A DNA stretch of 52,203 nt, the filler included, from Bipalium vagum (taxonomy: Eukaryota), in assembly GCA_037834085.1 (NCBI GenBank). It is 3 parts of 3 records of this genome, joined end to end, with 100 filler letters (N's around TTAATTAATTAA, not from the genome) between each part and the next. Parts side by side here need not be neighbours in the genome. Positions count along the whole stretch, not along the records: positions 33,902 to 52,203 come from JBBMKC010033441.1; 2 more parts are not named here. One strand, 5' to 3'. Of the stretch, positions 49,900 through 52,203 are shown one piece after another (positions within the stretch are counted from its first letter, which is position 1; each line of letters opens with the position of its first letter). The notes beneath the pieces were generated by a model that was given only the letters and a program-made list of their open reading frames with translations, was not told where the DNA came from and searched no databases. A program made the translations under genes and the position numbers.

Positions 49900-51166
49900 T
49901 GTGGCCTGTTGTGTTACAAGTTGAGACCAAGTATCACGGTGGAAATACAGGGACAAGGTTACGATTGCTTATTGGATACGAGCGCTGCGGTCAGCGTGAT
50001 GAGGAGGAAATTTATGAGAAAGCTGAAAAATGTACAAGTTATTAAGAGCAATTACAGGTTACGATGCGCAAACAATAGTCAACTGAAAATAGAGTGGAGT
50101 TCTTGGTTCATGTGGCAGTTGAACTGGAATCGAAACTAGTAGAATTTATAGTAGTAGAAGAGGTCACACCTGATTTAATCGGCGGAATAAATCTACAAAA
50201 AGTTTTAGATTAGTTAAAGGAAATCTCGGACCAAGCAATAATGAAGGGAGAAAATGTATAGGAGTGTATATGTGCAACACTGCAGGGGAGGTTCGGTACT
50301 GAAGTCAAGGAGGAAGATCGTTTCAGGCGGACAATAAAACTAACAAGAGCAGCGAGCAACGTACGACTAGTGCAGATAATTAAAGAGAATGAGGATGGTT
50401 TTATGGTTGAATATCGGTTGAACGTACATAGCAAAACATCAAATTTGGACAAGAGGATTACCGACCAACCTTAAGCTGTTTAGACAACCAATGAACAATC
50501 AAGAACCTTAACGATAATGGGATGATTAAAAAATGCAATTCGTCATGAAATACCCAACTGATTTGTGTTTGGAAGAAGAAAGATATCCGTTTAAGTTAAC
50601 AGCAGTTGGAAGAAAAGACGAGGAAACGATAATTGATGTGATAAAAAAATACATGGGTGCTCAAGTTAGGTAGTCCAAAGACCATCAAATTAGACTGTGC
50701 AAAGTCTTTTTTGTCCAGAAAGATGGCAGAATTTGCGAAGAGGCTCAGGACCAGTCAAGATACGAAGGACCATACCGAATGAAAGAAGATATTTACTAGA
50801 GCATGCTAATAGAAGTACTCTGGAGAGGAACGTTGAAAAGATAAACAAATTCTTGAGAAGAGCATATAAGGGGGGGTTTGAAATATTGTTTTGAACACAT
50901 TTTTTAGAAAACAGACCTCATTTATAATAAAGTATATTTTAAATTCCTAAATTAAGTTATATAAATTTCATATTAAAATGCAATGAATTTGATTTTTAAA
51001 TTAAAGTTCCTAAAATTATTAAATTGAATAATTTAAAATTTGTTTATAGTTAATAACATAAATCACAGTGAGGTGATGTATTTAAAAAAGAATTTGTTAA
51101 AATAGTTGTTTTTAGAGTCTACCTAGAAATTCAAATAATGTCAACAGCAGAATATAACTTATAACA
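49900..51166 (+). mobile_element. Deleted Ty3/Gypsy remnant: aspartic protease, RT start, integrase tail, PPT and 3' LTR
   Basis: YDCLLDTSAAVSVM..LRCANNSQL; SS*NTQLICVWKK; RRYLLEHANRSTLERNVEKI (homologous to 17050-17110); PPT AAGGGGGGG at about 50868; the LTR matches 33902-34093 and ends ...TATAACA. Confidence 0.88.
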
Positions 51167-52136
51167 ACCCACTTCTTGACTGATTTTTTCTGAGTGTTGT
51201 CAATTTTCATTCTTAGTTTTATTATTGTTAGGGGGCTTGCGGTATACAAATACTGATAATTGTTGAAATTCTGTAATATTTTTTGAATAAGTCATAGACC
51301 AAATTAAATTAATCGATTTAAACAATGATATAAAGGCAATTGCTTTATAAAATTTTACATTTAGAAAATTGCACCAATTCTACTTGCGTATTCTGTATAA
51401 TTAGTACCTTTTAACATGATAGCTGCTTTAGTGAACGAAATAAAGTTCTATTTACTCTCAATACGTCAAACATCCTCATCTTATCCAATCGATCACATAA
51501 AGCGATTTCATTTTATTCTATTATCAATACCATTATTATTCTTATTTAATTTCCTTTATTTGTAGTAACAAATAAATAATTTTTAAAGAAAATATTTAAG
51601 AATTGATGTCGCCAGCTCTGAACACAGCTAAACAAATTGTCATTTAATTCTGCTGTTCAGAGTCATAAATAATTGATGAAATAAAATAATATTTAATTAG
51701 ATTTTTTTATTGCATCATACTTTTTATAATTACATTATTCTATGAAAAAATATTTTTATATTATTTATTTTTTCTTAACTAAAAGTTATTTGTAAACCAA
51801 AGTGAATTGATTTTCTTTAAATTTATAAGTTAGAATTTTTGTATTGGCAAATAATAAAATTAATTTATTAAGTACAAACTTATTTATTTTTGTGATCACA
51901 CATAAAGGAATAAAAATGAAATTAAAATAAGAAATAACAGAATATAATATTATATATATATAAATTTTCATAATAAATCAGAAGAAAGTAATCAATTTCA
52001 ATTATATATATAAACTAATTATGTATTTGTAATTTAAAATAAAAATTTAATTAAATCTAAAGTTTTCAAATTATTCAATTTAAATATGTAAAAATAATTA
52101 ATAATATGATAATAATAATATTAATAAAAATAAATG

Positions 52137-52137
<1 letters not shown>

Positions 52138-52203
<66 letters not shown>
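52138..52203. repeat. (TAA)n microsatellite running off the window end
   Basis: Seen directly in the sequence. Confidence 0.95.

Noticed and set aside
52138-52203. Telomeric repeat at the window end
   Set aside because: (TAA)n is the common interstitial microsatellite throughout this window.

Overview
Very AT-rich eukaryotic genomic DNA, probably from an invertebrate (inference). Evidence: GT-AG introns of 45-3442 bp, (AAT)n microsatellites and a dense load of dead transposons. The window is not one verified contig: two identical 100-bp artificial spacers (44 N + TTAATTAATTAA + 44 N, at 16799-16898 and 33802-33901) split it into three segments, and there is a further N gap at 35084-35223. 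I can reconstruct one host gene, on the minus strand and 5'-incomplete, with 6 visible exons (33408-25824, at least 1195 aa). It encodes a very acidic protein with about 56 DxDxDG(I/V)PD-type motifs resembling thrombospondin type-3 Ca2+-binding repeats. It has three exactly spaced Cys-x56-Cys modules, Lys/Thr-rich basic linkers, an RGD, and two homogenised C-terminal arrays of 25-aa repeats. The rest is a transposon graveyard: about 18 Tc1/mariner-superfamily copies or fragments (mariner DD34D, maT DD37D, Tc1/IS630-type), Merlin, hAT/Buster, Ty3/Gypsy remnants and LTRs, a Polinton-type PolB fragment, a tRNA-Ala pseudogene, and a possible degraded phage-integrase-like tyrosine recombinase. All family assignments come from manual motif recognition; no database search was run.
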